A stretch of DNA of 64,000 nt, taken from Candidatus Enterousia sp. Its GTDB lineage: Bacteria > Pseudomonadota > Alphaproteobacteria > Rs-D84. Positions within the stretch are counted from its first letter, which is position 1; every line of letters starts with the position of its first letter. The notes under the pieces are model-generated. The model was not told the DNA's origin. It saw only the letters and a list, made by a program, of their open reading frames with translations, and did not search any database. Where the stretch lies: NCBI GenBank assembly GCA_045654485.1, contig JAZONN010000016.1, forward strand, positions 5,176 to 69,175, written 5' to 3'. Position numbers and translations under genes: made by a program. Below, piece after piece: positions 54,740-64,000 of this stretch.

Positions 54740-55957
54740 TTATTCGTATCTCAAACTGTCGATTGGGTTTAATTTGGCGGCTTTCATTGCCGGCACAACC
54801 CCCGAAGACAAACCGACGATAACCGCCACCGATACAGACAATATCACCGGCCAAATGCTAAATGGTACGTTATATCCCAATATAAATCGCCCTACCCCCT
54901 GTGATAAACCGACGCCTAAAATCAGTCCAATCATAGAACCAATAAATGAAATTAATACGGATTCAGACAAGAATTGTATAATAATCATTCGTTCTCGTGC
55001 GCCAATTGCTTTACGGATTCCGATTTCGCGTGTGCGTTCTGCGACCGATACCAACATCATATTCATAATACCGATTGCGCCCACCAACAAAGACACGGCG
55101 GCAATTGCGATTAACAATAATTTCATATAACCGGTCACGGTTGTCATTGTTTCCATAATCTGCTTCATATCCATAATTTGGAAATCGTCTGCTGCATCGT
55201 CTTTCAATCTATGTCTTTGACGCAATAGTGTGGTTATCTGTTCGATTGCCATATTGTTATCGGCGTCTGGGAATAATTTTAATGCAACCATATTAACCGA
55301 ATTTGGGAAACGTGACCCCTGTAATCTTTTTTTCAGTGTTGTGATTGGTATGATAATCATATCGTCTTGGCTGCCCATTGCGGAATCGCCTTTGGCTTTT
55401 GTGACACCAATAATTACAAAGGGTGTATTTTGAACACGTATAACTTCGCCCACAGGATTTTTTGGCAGTCCCAATTCTTCTGCGGTTTCTGGGCCAATAA
55501 CGGCGTATGTTGATGCGTTTCGTACGGCGGACATATCAAAAAAAGTCCCGTATTCCATTTCTATATTTTGCACTGTTGTATAATCTGGGTATACCCCAAC
55601 CATAGATGTACCCCAGTTTTTATTTCCATAAATTGCCTGTGCGGCGCCATTTTGAACGGGCGATACCGCCAACACGTCCGGCAAACGAGTGATAAATTCG
55701 GCATCTTGGATGGTCAAAGTGTTTCTATTACCCGTGCGAACGCCCGCACTTTGTGCTGCACCCGCACGTATCATAATTGTGTTTGTTCCCAAAGATGAAA
55801 ATTGGTCTGTGATTTGTTTTTGTACTGTTTCGCCAACTGCGACCATAATCACCACGGCCAATACGCCGATGATTATACCCAACACAGTTAAAAAAGACCG
55901 AATTTTATTCCCGCTAATAGATAACCAAGATTCTTTTAATATATCATTAAATGTCAT
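54740..55957 (-). CDS. MacB-type ABC transporter permease (FtsX domain with periplasmic core domain)
   Basis: 4-TM FtsX topology, large periplasmic loop, REIGIRKAIGA motif. Confidence 0.9.
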   Translation of the reverse strand: MTFNDILKESWLSISGNKIRSFLTVLGIIIGVLAVVIMVAVGETVQKQITDQFSSLGTNTIMIRAGAAQSAGVRTGNRNTLTIQDAEFITRLPDVLAVSPVQNGAAQAIYGNKNWGTSMVGVYPDYTTVQNIEMEYGTFFDMSAVRNASTYAVIGPETAEELGLPKNPVGEVIRVQNTPFVIIGVTKAKGDSAMGSQDDMIIIPITTLKKRLQGSRFPNSVNMVALKLFPDADNNMAIEQITTLLRQRHRLKDDAADDFQIMDMKQIMETMTTVTGYMKLLLIAIAAVSLLVGAIGIMNMMLVSVAERTREIGIRKAIGARERMIIIQFLSESVLISFIGSMIGLILGVGLSQGVGRFILGYNVPFSIWPVILSVSVAVIVGLSSGVVPAMKAAKLNPIDSLRYE

Positions 55958-55982
55958 ACCTTATCCCCTGCTCTTTTGTGTA

Positions 55983-56705
55983 TCATAGATTTCTATCGTC
56001 ACGTGGTATCTTGCCGTCATAGTTTATTTTACCGTCACGAATATGTATTAATCTGTTGGCGTATTTTGCGATGTCAAATTCGTGTGTAATCATAACGATT
56101 GTTATACCCATTTCATTGTTCAGTTTTTTAAAGAAGTGTAAAATTTCGTTTCCCATTTTACTGTCCAATGCACCGGTTGGTTCGTCTGCTAATATTAACT
56201 TTGGTTCGCCCGCCAATGCACGTGCGATAGCAACACGTTGTTTCATACCACCCGATAATTGTGTTGGTAAATAACTTTCGAATTTTTCTAATCCGACATG
56301 ACGTAGCATTTCACGGGCACGTGAAATACGTTCGGACATCGGTAGTCCTCGATACATCAATGGCAACATAACGTTATCCAATACACTACGTTTCGGCAGC
56401 AGGTTAAACTGTTGAAACACGAAACCTATAAATTCGTTACGTGCAATTGCCAGTTCGTCAGATGTCAATCCCGTCACATCACGTCCATATAGTTCGTATG
56501 TTCCGGATGTTGGCGTATCCAAAGCCCCTATGATATTCATACATGTTGATTTCCCTGAACCAGACGGTCCCATAATTGCAACGAATTCTCCGGCTTTGAC
56601 CGAAAAGTTTATATCAAACAAAACCTGTTGTACCCCACCAAGTTCTAATGGGAAACTTTTGTTAATGTTTTTAAGTGAAATAATAGTGTCTTGTACTTTT
56701 TTCAT
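55983..56705 (-). CDS. ABC transporter ATP-binding protein (MacB/LolD-type)
   Basis: GPSGSGKST, LSGGMKQRVAIARAL, ILADEPTGALD. Confidence 0.93.
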   Translation of the reverse strand: MKKVQDTIISLKNINKSFPLELGGVQQVLFDINFSVKAGEFVAIMGPSGSGKSTCMNIIGALDTPTSGTYELYGRDVTGLTSDELAIARNEFIGFVFQQFNLLPKRSVLDNVMLPLMYRGLPMSERISRAREMLRHVGLEKFESYLPTQLSGGMKQRVAIARALAGEPKLILADEPTGALDSKMGNEILHFFKKLNNEMGITIVMITHEFDIAKYANRLIHIRDGKINYDGKIPRDDRNL

Positions 56706-56754
56706 AATCTCTCTCGTTCGCACAATTATATCACATATGAACGACTGTGTCTAA

Positions 56755-56782
56755 ATAAAAACCGGCAAATGCCGGTGTTTTT
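56755..56782. terminator. Short-form palindromic repeat/terminator (AAAAACCGGCAAATGCCGGTGTTTTT)
   Basis: Overlaps the der stop codon. Confidence 0.75.
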
Positions 56783-58112
56783 AATCAAATGGATTGTCAC
56801 TTTTTTCATATTCGATTATAATAGGCAGGTGTTCCCATTTCAAAGCCGTTGCCAAACCACGTCTTAAATAACGTGTGTATGATTCTGGGATGTCGGATGC
56901 GCCACCAACGTTAATGGTAATCTTCATTGGGTGCCGACCAGTTTGACGTGCAAATTTAATCTTCATTGGTCGTTTTAATCGTGACAAAGGTGGTTGTCTA
57001 TCAGCGACCAATTTTTCAACAATTCGGTTAACTAAACTTGTTGGGGCTTGGGCGGATGAAATATCCCATTGTTCGTATATTCTGCGGAACATGTTTTGGA
57101 CACCTGTGCCTGTTTCGGCAGAAACCGCCAAAATCATTGGTTTTATAATTTGGTGGAAAGAATTCGAAAACTGATGTTTTAACTTTAATAATTTTTCGTC
57201 ACGCAATTCTGGTTCGACCAAGTCCCATTTATTTAATGCAACGCATAAAATTTTACCTGCATTATATACGCGTGCGGCAATACCCAATGCTTGGTTTTCA
57301 ATATTCTTGGTGGCATCAACCATCAAAATCACGACATCTGCTTTTTCAATTGCGTCTAATGATTTTAACGCCGACAAAGTTTCAACGTCGTCGGTAACAC
57401 CGGCTTTTCTGCGAAGGCCGGCTGTGTCCATCAATAAAATATCACGTCCATAGAACTTTGTTGGTATTTTTACCGTGTCACGTGTAATCCCGGGTGCGTC
57501 CATAACAATTTGTTTCTTTTCGCCCAGCACACGGTTTACAAAGGTGGATTTGCCAACGTTTGGTTGTCCCAATACAGCAATCTTAATACGTGTGTCGGTG
57601 GCGGGTGTTTCGTTTGTCTGTGCGTCTGGGCCGGCGACTTTATCGATGAATTGATAGATTTCATCAAAGCCACGTTTGTGTTCGGCGGATATAAGGGTTG
57701 GTTCGCCAAATCCTAATTTATAGAAATCATGAACGTTGCTTAATCTTTTTTCCGATTCGCATTTATTAACAAGCAATAATACCGGTGCCTTGGTTTTTCG
57801 GCGCACCAATTTAGCCCATTCTATATCTTGGTTTGTGATGCCGACACGTCCGTCCACCACAAACAGAATTGCATCTGACGAAGCCACCGCATCAAATGCC
57901 ATTTGTGTTGAATCCAATGCGATACCAGAACGTGCGTTTTCAAGGCCAGCCGTGTCATACAGCGTATACCCACCGTGTTTCATAACGCCCGACATAGTGT
58001 CTCGTGTCACGCCTGGACGGTCGTGCACCAATGCATCACGTGTTCCGGTTAATGCATTAAATAATGTCGATTTGCCCGTATTGGGGCGACCTGCAATAGT
58101 TATCTTTATCAT
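56781..58112 (-). CDS. der: Ribosome-associated GTPase Der (EngA)
   Basis: Two G domains (GRPNTGKST, GQPNVGKST) plus a KH-like C-terminus. The start is ambiguous (58112 or 58124). The track start at 58148 is TTG and lies upstream of a TATAAT. Confidence 0.93.
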   Translation of the reverse strand: MIKITIAGRPNTGKSTLFNALTGTRDALVHDRPGVTRDTMSGVMKHGGYTLYDTAGLENARSGIALDSTQMAFDAVASSDAILFVVDGRVGITNQDIEWAKLVRRKTKAPVLLLVNKCESEKRLSNVHDFYKLGFGEPTLISAEHKRGFDEIYQFIDKVAGPDAQTNETPATDTRIKIAVLGQPNVGKSTFVNRVLGEKKQIVMDAPGITRDTVKIPTKFYGRDILLMDTAGLRRKAGVTDDVETLSALKSLDAIEKADVVILMVDATKNIENQALGIAARVYNAGKILCVALNKWDLVEPELRDEKLLKLKHQFSNSFHQIIKPMILAVSAETGTGVQNMFRRIYEQWDISSAQAPTSLVNRIVEKLVADRQPPLSRLKRPMKIKFARQTGRHPMKITINVGGASDIPESYTRYLRRGLATALKWEHLPIIIEYEKSDNPFD

Positions 58113-58181
58113 CGTTTTTTCCATTGATTTTTTGTAATTATAAAGCAAAAATATAAATAATCAAACTTTGGGGGTGTAAAT

Positions 58182-58778
58182 ATGTTCAAAAAAATCAAAG
58201 GTGCATACAAACACATTCGTAATCTGATTGTGAATCCGAAGCGCTATTTTACAAAAATTGTTGCCGACGGCAATATGGAAGAATCGATGTTAAAGGCGTT
58301 TTTATATGGTTTGCTGGGTGGTTGCTTGGTATTATTGATACGTTTATTGGGTGGCGCAACGATTACATTGGGCTCGATTTTTACAGCTATCATAATTGTA
58401 CCTGTTTTAGCGGTTGCGTTATTGTTTGTTATGGGTGGACTTATGATGTTGGTGTCTGAAATTACCGGTGGCGAACGTGATTGGGAAATTGCAATCAAGG
58501 GACTTGCATCTGTGTTCTTTATTTACCCTGTTATATTGGTTTTAAATGCGCTGGCATTTAATTGTACGTCTATGTGGGTGATAAGTTTACTTGTAGATAT
58601 TTACATCTTGTTCTTGTTTTATAACATATCGTTGTATTGTATGCGTGGCAAACGTGGAAATATTTTGATTGTAATTGGTATTTTGGCTTTGTTTGTTGCG
58701 ACTGTTTATGCGACTGACTACCGTTTCGGGTGGTTTATGTTAAAAAATACCGGTGCAACATTGGCGTGTTTGTTATAA
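58182..58778 (+). CDS. Polytopic membrane protein, possibly Yip1-domain family
   Basis: Five predicted hydrophobic helices after a short basic N-terminus. The family call is weak. Confidence 0.55.
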   Translation: MFKKIKGAYKHIRNLIVNPKRYFTKIVADGNMEESMLKAFLYGLLGGCLVLLIRLLGGATITLGSIFTAIIIVPVLAVALLFVMGGLMMLVSEITGGERDWEIAIKGLASVFFIYPVILVLNALAFNCTSMWVISLLVDIYILFLFYNISLYCMRGKRGNILIVIGILALFVATVYATDYRFGWFMLKNTGATLACLL

Positions 58779-58788
58779 AAAAGATTAT

Positions 58789-58820
58789 AAAAAAAATACC
58801 GGCATTTGCCGGTGTTTTTT
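58789..58820. terminator. Short-form palindromic repeat/bidirectional terminator (AAAAAAAATACCGGCATTTGCCGGTGTTTTTT)
   Basis: Lies between convergent genes and overlaps the gpsA stop. Confidence 0.8.
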
Positions 58821-59682
58821 ATTTGTTTATATTCTTATGCATTTTATTAAGTGTGGGCGTATCTATACCTAATTGTGTGGCACGTTCAACCAATCCTGCA
58901 AGAGCATATATACCCTCGACTGTGCCTTCTGGGGTGCGTCCTTCGGCAATTGCGACGCCACCGGAAAAGTTGCGACTTGTTTTTGAAGTTGCTGATAAGA
59001 ACAAGTCCCCTATTCCGCACAGGCCAGAAAATGATTTTAGTTTTGCGCCTGCAGCCAAGCCGATATTGATTATTTCATTCCATGCACGTGTGAATATTAA
59101 CGCTCTTTCATTTTCGCCATTGACTGCAATGCTATTGTATCCACATATCAAAGCCATTGCGTTTTTTCCAACACCACAAAATTGCGTGCCGATTATATCG
59201 TCGGATTCTTCGATAAATAGTTTATTGAATGCGTCACGTGCCATTGAAAGTGCGGTTTCTGTTCCTGCGATTGTTGTGCCTGTTGGAATGCCTGCGGCAA
59301 CTTCACCTGCAAATTGTGGGCCGGACAAAGCGCCAAATTCTGAACATTCCGGGATTTGTTCGGTTAATATTTCCGACATAAACTGCTTGTTTTTTGGATC
59401 CATGCCCTTGGTGCAAATAATCACGGGTTGGCCATCGTATGCAATTCGTGCGTTGCGCATTGTGTCCGCAAAAAATGCAGCCGGTGTCACCACGCACCAC
59501 AAATCTGTTTTTTTTGTGTGTTCTATATCGGTTACAACGGTTATGTTGCTTGGTGTTTTAACGTTTTCAAAGTGTTTGTATTCGCCATCGTATGACCATA
59601 GAATAACGTCCGAGCCACCGTTTGCAATTGTAATTGCCAATGCTGTTCCCCATGCACCGGCGCCTATGACAGATACTTTCAT
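58819..59682 (-). CDS. gpsA: Glycerol-3-phosphate dehydrogenase [NAD(P)+], short form (287 aa)
   Basis: MKVSVIGAGAWGTALA, GYNSIA..., TSKTSRNFSGG. Confidence 0.88.
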   Translation of the reverse strand: MKVSVIGAGAWGTALAITIANGGSDVILWSYDGEYKHFENVKTPSNITVVTDIEHTKKTDLWCVVTPAAFFADTMRNARIAYDGQPVIICTKGMDPKNKQFMSEILTEQIPECSEFGALSGPQFAGEVAAGIPTGTTIAGTETALSMARDAFNKLFIEESDDIIGTQFCGVGKNAMALICGYNSIAVNGENERALIFTRAWNEIINIGLAAGAKLKSFSGLCGIGDLFLSATSKTSRNFSGGVAIAEGRTPEGTVEGIYALAGLVERATQLGIDTPTLNKMHKNINK

Positions 59683-61295
59683 TTTAATTTCCTTATTTTC
59701 TTTTGTATATATGGCACGACCACAAGCCCATCGTCGGCCAATTCAATTGCACGCATATATGAATCATGTGCTTTTTCTACTTCGCCTATATTTCTATATA
59801 TGTCTCCCATATGGTCAAATACAGCGGAACTTGTTCCTGCGGCTGTGCTGACTTTTTCAAATATTTCCAATGCTGGCAAATCGCCTTCACGTACGGCAAC
59901 AACGCACCCTAATGTATCCCAAGCCAAAACATCGGTTGGGTTTTTTGTGACCAATGTCATCGCATAATCGTATGCATCTTCTATTTCACGTTTTTGTGCG
60001 GCCCATATTTTTGCCTGTAACGAAAATATTTCTGTATCAGATATCAATACATTGGCTGCTTTTTTTAAATCCTCTTGTGCTTTTTTGATTTCTCCAAATG
60101 TAAAGTGTATATGTGCGCGGCTTTTTAAGAAAAATGCCCTGCCCGTCTCATCTAACTTGTCATTTTTTAATGCGTTGTTTATTACACGTAATGCGCCTCT
60201 TTTGTTGCCATCTTTGATGTGTTGTGCGGCAATCTTGTTAATGGCTGGAACAAACAACGGGTATTTTTTTAATGCTTTTTCCAATGTTTTGATATCGCCA
60301 GAATGTTCGGCCATACGCAATGTTGCAAATAAGTAAAATGGACTGTCTGATGATATTTGTTTAAAGTATTTTTCAAAATCATTTTGGGTATTGTGCATAA
60401 ATTGACCGATATAATAATGTATTGCATCATTGTTGTGTGCGTATTCTGGTGCAATAATCTGTGCAAATCGCAACATAATCAAAGACAGATCTGAATACAT
60501 TATAATTTGTGTGTGTGATGTGTTTTGCACCAAACTAAATGCCAATTGATTTTCGATGCCTGTGTATGTGTCCCAACCCGGAATTTGGATGCCGTTTTTC
60601 ATATACATTCCGCCCGGCATTGATGTGAAATCGTTCAATAGCGCATCGGCCTTTTCTGGCATATTATGATGGGTATAAAATGACATCATATACATATAAT
60701 CGTTTATATTCAAAAACGTAACTTTGACAGAATCAAAGTATTTTGTTGCTTTTTCGATGTCGCCTAATTCTGCATAAATCTGGCCGGAAACAAAGTTTTT
60801 CCAATCGATACTTGTGCGCATGTTGTTAATAAATTTCAATGCGTCTGCGTGCGATTTGTTTGCGACAGATGACCAGATGCGCAATGGTGCAGTTAATGCC
60901 CCGTCGTCAGATTTATGCCTGTTGTAAAATTCCTTCCATTGTTTATTAATGACAAGATAGGCATCGTATATAAAACGTGCAGACATATTTTTTTCGTCTT
61001 TTAATATGGCGGCATTTTCTGGCATACGGCCGCTTAAATAATCTGCCAACATAATGGTATCTTGAACGATTGGATAATCTGTTTTATTTAATTTTTGTGC
61101 CATTTCCACGGCGGCATCAAAGTCGTTGATGTGTATTGCGTGTTGTGCGGCTAAAAACATACCATACTGTGTGTCTGGAACGTTATAGACGGGCTGTTGG
61201 TTTTCTTGGTTGGATTGTTGCCACATTGTCACGCCCGTGACTGTAATTGCAGCAAATAATCCAAGTGTGATAAATATGCTTTCTATTTTTCTCAT
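59679..61295 (-). CDS. Signal-anchored TPR-like repeat protein
   Basis: Start chosen at MRKIESIFITLGLFAAITVTGV. Helical repeat content. The track extension to 61442 overlaps rsmG. Confidence 0.65.
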   Translation of the reverse strand: MRKIESIFITLGLFAAITVTGVTMWQQSNQENQQPVYNVPDTQYGMFLAAQHAIHINDFDAAVEMAQKLNKTDYPIVQDTIMLADYLSGRMPENAAILKDEKNMSARFIYDAYLVINKQWKEFYNRHKSDDGALTAPLRIWSSVANKSHADALKFINNMRTSIDWKNFVSGQIYAELGDIEKATKYFDSVKVTFLNINDYMYMMSFYTHHNMPEKADALLNDFTSMPGGMYMKNGIQIPGWDTYTGIENQLAFSLVQNTSHTQIIMYSDLSLIMLRFAQIIAPEYAHNNDAIHYYIGQFMHNTQNDFEKYFKQISSDSPFYLFATLRMAEHSGDIKTLEKALKKYPLFVPAINKIAAQHIKDGNKRGALRVINNALKNDKLDETGRAFFLKSRAHIHFTFGEIKKAQEDLKKAANVLISDTEIFSLQAKIWAAQKREIEDAYDYAMTLVTKNPTDVLAWDTLGCVVAVREGDLPALEIFEKVSTAAGTSSAVFDHMGDIYRNIGEVEKAHDSYMRAIELADDGLVVVPYIQKKIRKLK

Positions 61296-61316
61296 GATTA
61301 TGTTAGAATAACCTTT

Positions 61317-61877
61317 ATGAGCAATAAAGTCAAATTTGAACGTTATGCGCAGTTGTTGCGGGAATGGTCGGAACGTATGAATCTGGTCGCCCCAAGTACG
61401 CTGTGTGATATAGAAAACCGCCATTTTGCGGACTCGGCCCAATTGGCTGATGTTTTGCCTCGTGATATGGCTATTGTTGATTTGGGTAGTGGTGCCGGAT
61501 TTCCTGGTGTTGTATTGGCGATATTAGGGTGGCGTGTCACATGTATCGAATCGATTGGGAAAAAAGTTGCGTTTTTAAATGCGGTAAAAGATGAATTGGG
61601 GTTGGATAACCTTACTATTTATCATGGTCGTGTCGAAGATTATGTGCGGCATTTGCCGGCAAAAAACGATGATTTTGTGTTTACGTCACGTGCTTTTGCG
61701 TCTTTGACTAAGATAATGGATTATGTTGCGCATACTAAACGCCGGCTTTTTTTACTAAAAGGTCGTGAAATACCGGCTGAAGTTGTAGATGCGCAGCGTA
61801 AATATAAATTCGAACATGAATTGATTCCATCTAAGACTGGTGATGGCTTTATAATAATTGTGCGTTTTTGCCGGTAA
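61317..61877 (+). CDS. rsmG: 16S rRNA (guanine527-N7)-methyltransferase RsmG (GidB)
   Basis: DLGSGAGFPGVVLAI SAM motif. Upstream of parAB. Confidence 0.9.
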   Translation: MSNKVKFERYAQLLREWSERMNLVAPSTLCDIENRHFADSAQLADVLPRDMAIVDLGSGAGFPGVVLAILGWRVTCIESIGKKVAFLNAVKDELGLDNLTIYHGRVEDYVRHLPAKNDDFVFTSRAFASLTKIMDYVAHTKRRLFLLKGREIPAEVVDAQRKYKFEHELIPSKTGDGFIIIVRFCR

Positions 61878-61890
61878 TTTCATATGAAAT
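61877..61890. promoter_or_regulatory. Perfect 14-bp palindrome ATTTCATATGAAAT (degenerate parS-like)
   Basis: Overlaps the last base of the rsmG stop. 10/16 match to the parS consensus TGTTTCACGTGAAACA once flanks are included. Confidence 0.35.
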
Positions 61891-61928
61891 GTATGATAAC
61901 GTGTTGTTGATAGTTGGATAAATAAAAA

Positions 61929-61964
61929 TATTAAAAAATACCGGCAAATGCCGGTGTTTTTTTT
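61929..61964. terminator. Short-form palindromic repeat/terminator (ATATTAAAAAATACCGGCAAATGCCGGTG-T8)
   Basis: Lies after rsmG. Confidence 0.8.
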
Positions 61965-61982
61965 GTTTTTTTGTGTTGGGTG

Positions 61983-61998
61983 TATTTCATGTGAAATA
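61983..61998. promoter_or_regulatory. parS-like site TATTTCATGTGAAATA (13/16 match to TGTTTCACGTGAAACA)
   Basis: Near-palindrome about 100 nt upstream of parA. The right half GTGAAATA differs from the consensus half GTGAAACA at one base. Confidence 0.5.
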
Positions 61999-62051
61999 AA
62001 AATATAATATGTTGAAAATACTTTGTTTTGTATTGTTTGTGTTTTAATGTC

Positions 62052-62078
62052 TTGACCGAATCGATTGGTTTTTATAAT
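62052..62078 (+). promoter_or_regulatory. Candidate parAB promoter (TTGACC-15 nt-TATAAT)
   Basis: Hexamers at 62052..62057 and 62073..62078. The spacer is short. Confidence 0.35.
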
Positions 62079-62098
62079 CTTCGTGTTGAATATAATGT

Positions 62099-62896
62099 AT
62101 GGGAAAGGGTAAAATGGCACAAATTATTGCGTTTGCAAATCAAAAGGGGGGCGTGGGTAAAACTACGACTGCTATTAATATTGCTGCATCTCTGGCGGCG
62201 GTGAAAAAGCGTGTTTTGTTGATTGATTTAGATCAACAGGGTAACGCCGGTACTGGTTTGGGTTTTCGTCGTGCCGACCATCGTCAAAGTGTTTATGGTG
62301 TAATTATGGGTACGGCGAACGTGGCCGATAATATATTGACTACCGCTGTCAAAGGATTGCATTTGTTGCCGTCGTCTCAGGCCTTGGCGGGTGCGGATAT
62401 TGATTTGTTGGATATGCCGGATCGTGAATATCGTTTGCGTGATGCTTTGCAACCTGTTATGGAGTATTATGATTACATTCTGGTTGATTGTCCGCCGGCT
62501 TTGGGGTATTTAACTATTAATGCGTTAGCGGCGGCGGATTCTGTTATTGTTCCATTGCAATGTGAATTTTTTGCATTAGAAGGTGTGCAACAATTAACTG
62601 ATACGATATCTGTTGTCAAGGAACGCTGGAATCCAAGATTGGAAATTTTGGGTGTTTTGTTGACTATGTATGACCGTCGTTATGGTGTGACACGTGCGGT
62701 TGACGATGATGTGCGTGCAACGTTCGGTGATATTGTTTTTAAAACGGTAGTTCCACGAAATGTTCGTGTGTCCGAAGCGCCAAGTCATGGATTGCCCGCA
62801 ATGTTTTACGATTTTAATTCCACCGGTGCTCAGGCGTATAGATGCGTTGCAACCGAAGTAGTTCAAAGAACCAAAGGTGAAATAGATGTCGAATAA
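62099..62896 (+). CDS. parA: Chromosome partitioning ATPase ParA
   Basis: IIAFANQKGGVGKTTTAINIA deviant Walker A. The start may be at 62114 (MAQIIAF). Confidence 0.95.
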   Translation: MGKGKMAQIIAFANQKGGVGKTTTAINIAASLAAVKKRVLLIDLDQQGNAGTGLGFRRADHRQSVYGVIMGTANVADNILTTAVKGLHLLPSSQALAGADIDLLDMPDREYRLRDALQPVMEYYDYILVDCPPALGYLTINALAAADSVIVPLQCEFFALEGVQQLTDTISVVKERWNPRLEILGVLLTMYDRRYGVTRAVDDDVRATFGDIVFKTVVPRNVRVSEAPSHGLPAMFYDFNSTGAQAYRCVATEVVQRTKGEIDVE

Positions 62897-63767
62897 AAAA
62901 TTTGGATTGGGGCGTGGGTTGGCCGATTTGTCTGCGTCACGTGGTACAATACCAGATATTTCTTTGTTAACCCCGAACGAGCGTATTGTTGTTAAGCAGA
63001 TTCCTTTGGCACAGATTGGTGCTAATCCTGATCAGCCACGTAAAACATTTACAGAATCAGAATTATCGGATTTGGCGGCTTCAATCAAAGAGCAGGGCGT
63101 GCTTCAACCTATTTTGTTGCGTGCTGTCACGGGGCGGCCATATATGTACGAAATTGTGGCGGGAGAACGTCGTTATCGTGCGTCAAAAATGGCGGGGTTA
63201 ACAGAAATACCAGCGTTGGTAAAATCTATGGATGACAATAGTGCGATGGAGGTTGCCTTAATAGAAAATGTTCAGCGTGAAAATTTGAACCCAATAGAAG
63301 AGGCTAATGCATATAAAAATTTAATGGAATGTTGTAACTATGAATTAGAAGATGTTTCTCGTCTTATTGGAAAATCGGCTAGTTATATTCGCAATATGTT
63401 GCGTATAACGGCTTTGCCGGAATCTGTATTGGGAATGGTGGAACGTGGGGATTTGTCGGCATCACACGCCCGCACAATTGCGGTTGCCGAAGATCCTGAA
63501 TCGTTGGCGCATGCTATTGTGACGGATAAATTATCGGTTGCGGCCACCGAACGATTGGTCAAAGAAGCACCACGTGCCAAAACAACCCGTAATCACGTCA
63601 AAAAAACAATTGATTCTGATGCGTTAAATGATATCGAAACACGTATTAAAAAGTCGCTTGGCGTATCGGTCAAGATCGTTGAACGTCGTGGCGGGGCAGG
63701 GCAGATTGTTTTATCTTTTGCCACACGAACGCAAATGCAAGAATTGGTTGAAAAATTAACCAAATAA
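62886..63767 (+). CDS. parB: Chromosome partitioning protein ParB
   Basis: NPDQPRK, GVLQPILLR, AGERRYRAS, HTH region. Confidence 0.95.
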   Translation: MSNKKFGLGRGLADLSASRGTIPDISLLTPNERIVVKQIPLAQIGANPDQPRKTFTESELSDLAASIKEQGVLQPILLRAVTGRPYMYEIVAGERRYRASKMAGLTEIPALVKSMDDNSAMEVALIENVQRENLNPIEEANAYKNLMECCNYELEDVSRLIGKSASYIRNMLRITALPESVLGMVERGDLSASHARTIAVAEDPESLAHAIVTDKLSVAATERLVKEAPRAKTTRNHVKKTIDSDALNDIETRIKKSLGVSVKIVERRGGAGQIVLSFATRTQMQELVEKLTK

Positions 63768-63768
63768 A

Positions 63769-63805
63769 AATGTTAAAAAAAGCCGGCATTTGCCGGCAAT
63801 TTTTA
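63769..63805. terminator. Short-form palindromic repeat/terminator (AATGTTAAAAAAAGCCGGCATTTGCCGGCAATTTTT)
   Basis: Lies directly after the parB stop. Confidence 0.75.
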
Positions 63806-63825
63806 TTATGTTTGAATCTTGTTGA

Positions 63826-63863
63826 ATTGTTAATAAAAACACCGGCAAATGCCGGTGTTTTTA
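63826..63863. terminator. Second short-form palindromic repeat (ATTGTTAATAAAAACACCGGCAAATGCCGGTGTTTTT)
   Basis: Lies 20 nt from the first copy and faces the convergent pal gene. Confidence 0.75.
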
Positions 63864-63882
63864 TTAAATTTTTCATCAACAA

Positions 63883-64000
63883 TTATTTAACTGTTGTTGT
63901 TGCGTTACGGTTCCATTTCCAAACTTCTTCGCCAGAACCTTGAACCAATGGACGTTCTTTACCATAAGAAATGGTAGAAATACGTTTTGCGTCAACACCA
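63883..64000 (-). CDS. pal: Peptidoglycan-associated lipoprotein Pal / OmpA-family C-terminus (partial; runs off the window)
   Basis: My own reverse translation is GVDAKRISTISYGKERPLVQGSGEEVWKWNRNATTTVK*, which matches the OmpA_C/Pal tail. Confidence 0.8.
   Translation of the reverse strand, partial: GVDAKRISTISYGKERPLVQGSGEEVWKWNRNATTTVK

Noticed and set aside
58730-59851. 373-aa plus-strand ORF, one of the longest in the track
   Set aside because: It lies entirely antisense to the well-supported gpsA (58819..59682) and to the end of the TPR gene. The product is low-complexity (Pro/Ser/Ala/Ile-rich) with no motif. This is a typical shadow ORF.
61547-62068. Identical 12-mer CGAATCGATTGG inside rsmG (61547..61558) and in the parA upstream region (62057..62068); it contains a GANTC (CcrM-type) site
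   Set aside because: It is a single pair, and one copy is within coding sequence. I cannot evaluate significance without genome-wide counts. It is noted only as a possible lead.

Overview
AT-rich, gene-dense bacterial chromosome segment with about 60 protein genes, 3 tRNAs and no rRNA. I saw no transposase, integrase, prophage or CRISPR array. The gene content looks alphaproteobacterial and like a reduced or intracellular lifestyle, possibly Rickettsiales/Holosporales-like. The pointers are an alpha-type SspB, rsmG-parA-parB, pal, a eukaryote-like type-2 IleRS and a scattered virB3-virB4. The lineage assignment is inference; I cannot run a search. About 17-64 kb is mostly housekeeping: ychF, dnaG, topA, rodA-mrdA-mreDC, rpmI-rplT-pheST, recF, a TolC/MacA-like pair, mnmG, fabGD, queH, metG, accBC, yidD-rnpA, mreB, nth, ileS, a MacB-like permease and ATPase, der, gpsA, rsmG, parAB and pal. 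Lineage-specific cysteine-motif proteins are scattered through it. The accessory part is the left 17 kb, a single co-directional minus-strand block: virB3-virB4, a secreted HExxH protein, the dTDP-rhamnose genes rfbACDB, then two tandem giant paralogues of about 1,530 aa. Each giant fuses an M48-type zinc peptidase to a divergent UbiB/ABC1 kinase-like domain. One copy is intact. The other is split exactly at an A_AAA_AAT heptamer that would restore the frame by a -1 shift. I regard this pair as the most novel element and a candidate effector pair, though the effector role is inference only. Other signals are listed in the findings. They include a stereotyped palindromic terminator-like repeat family (core CCGGC-N4-GCCGG, often preceded by TGTTAAAAAA). 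They also include parS-like palindromes upstream of parAB and attenuator-like hairpins in the ileS and metG leaders. The rest are a eukaryote-like CxxC-rich secreted protein and a small family of membrane-anchored CxC...Cx3C modules.
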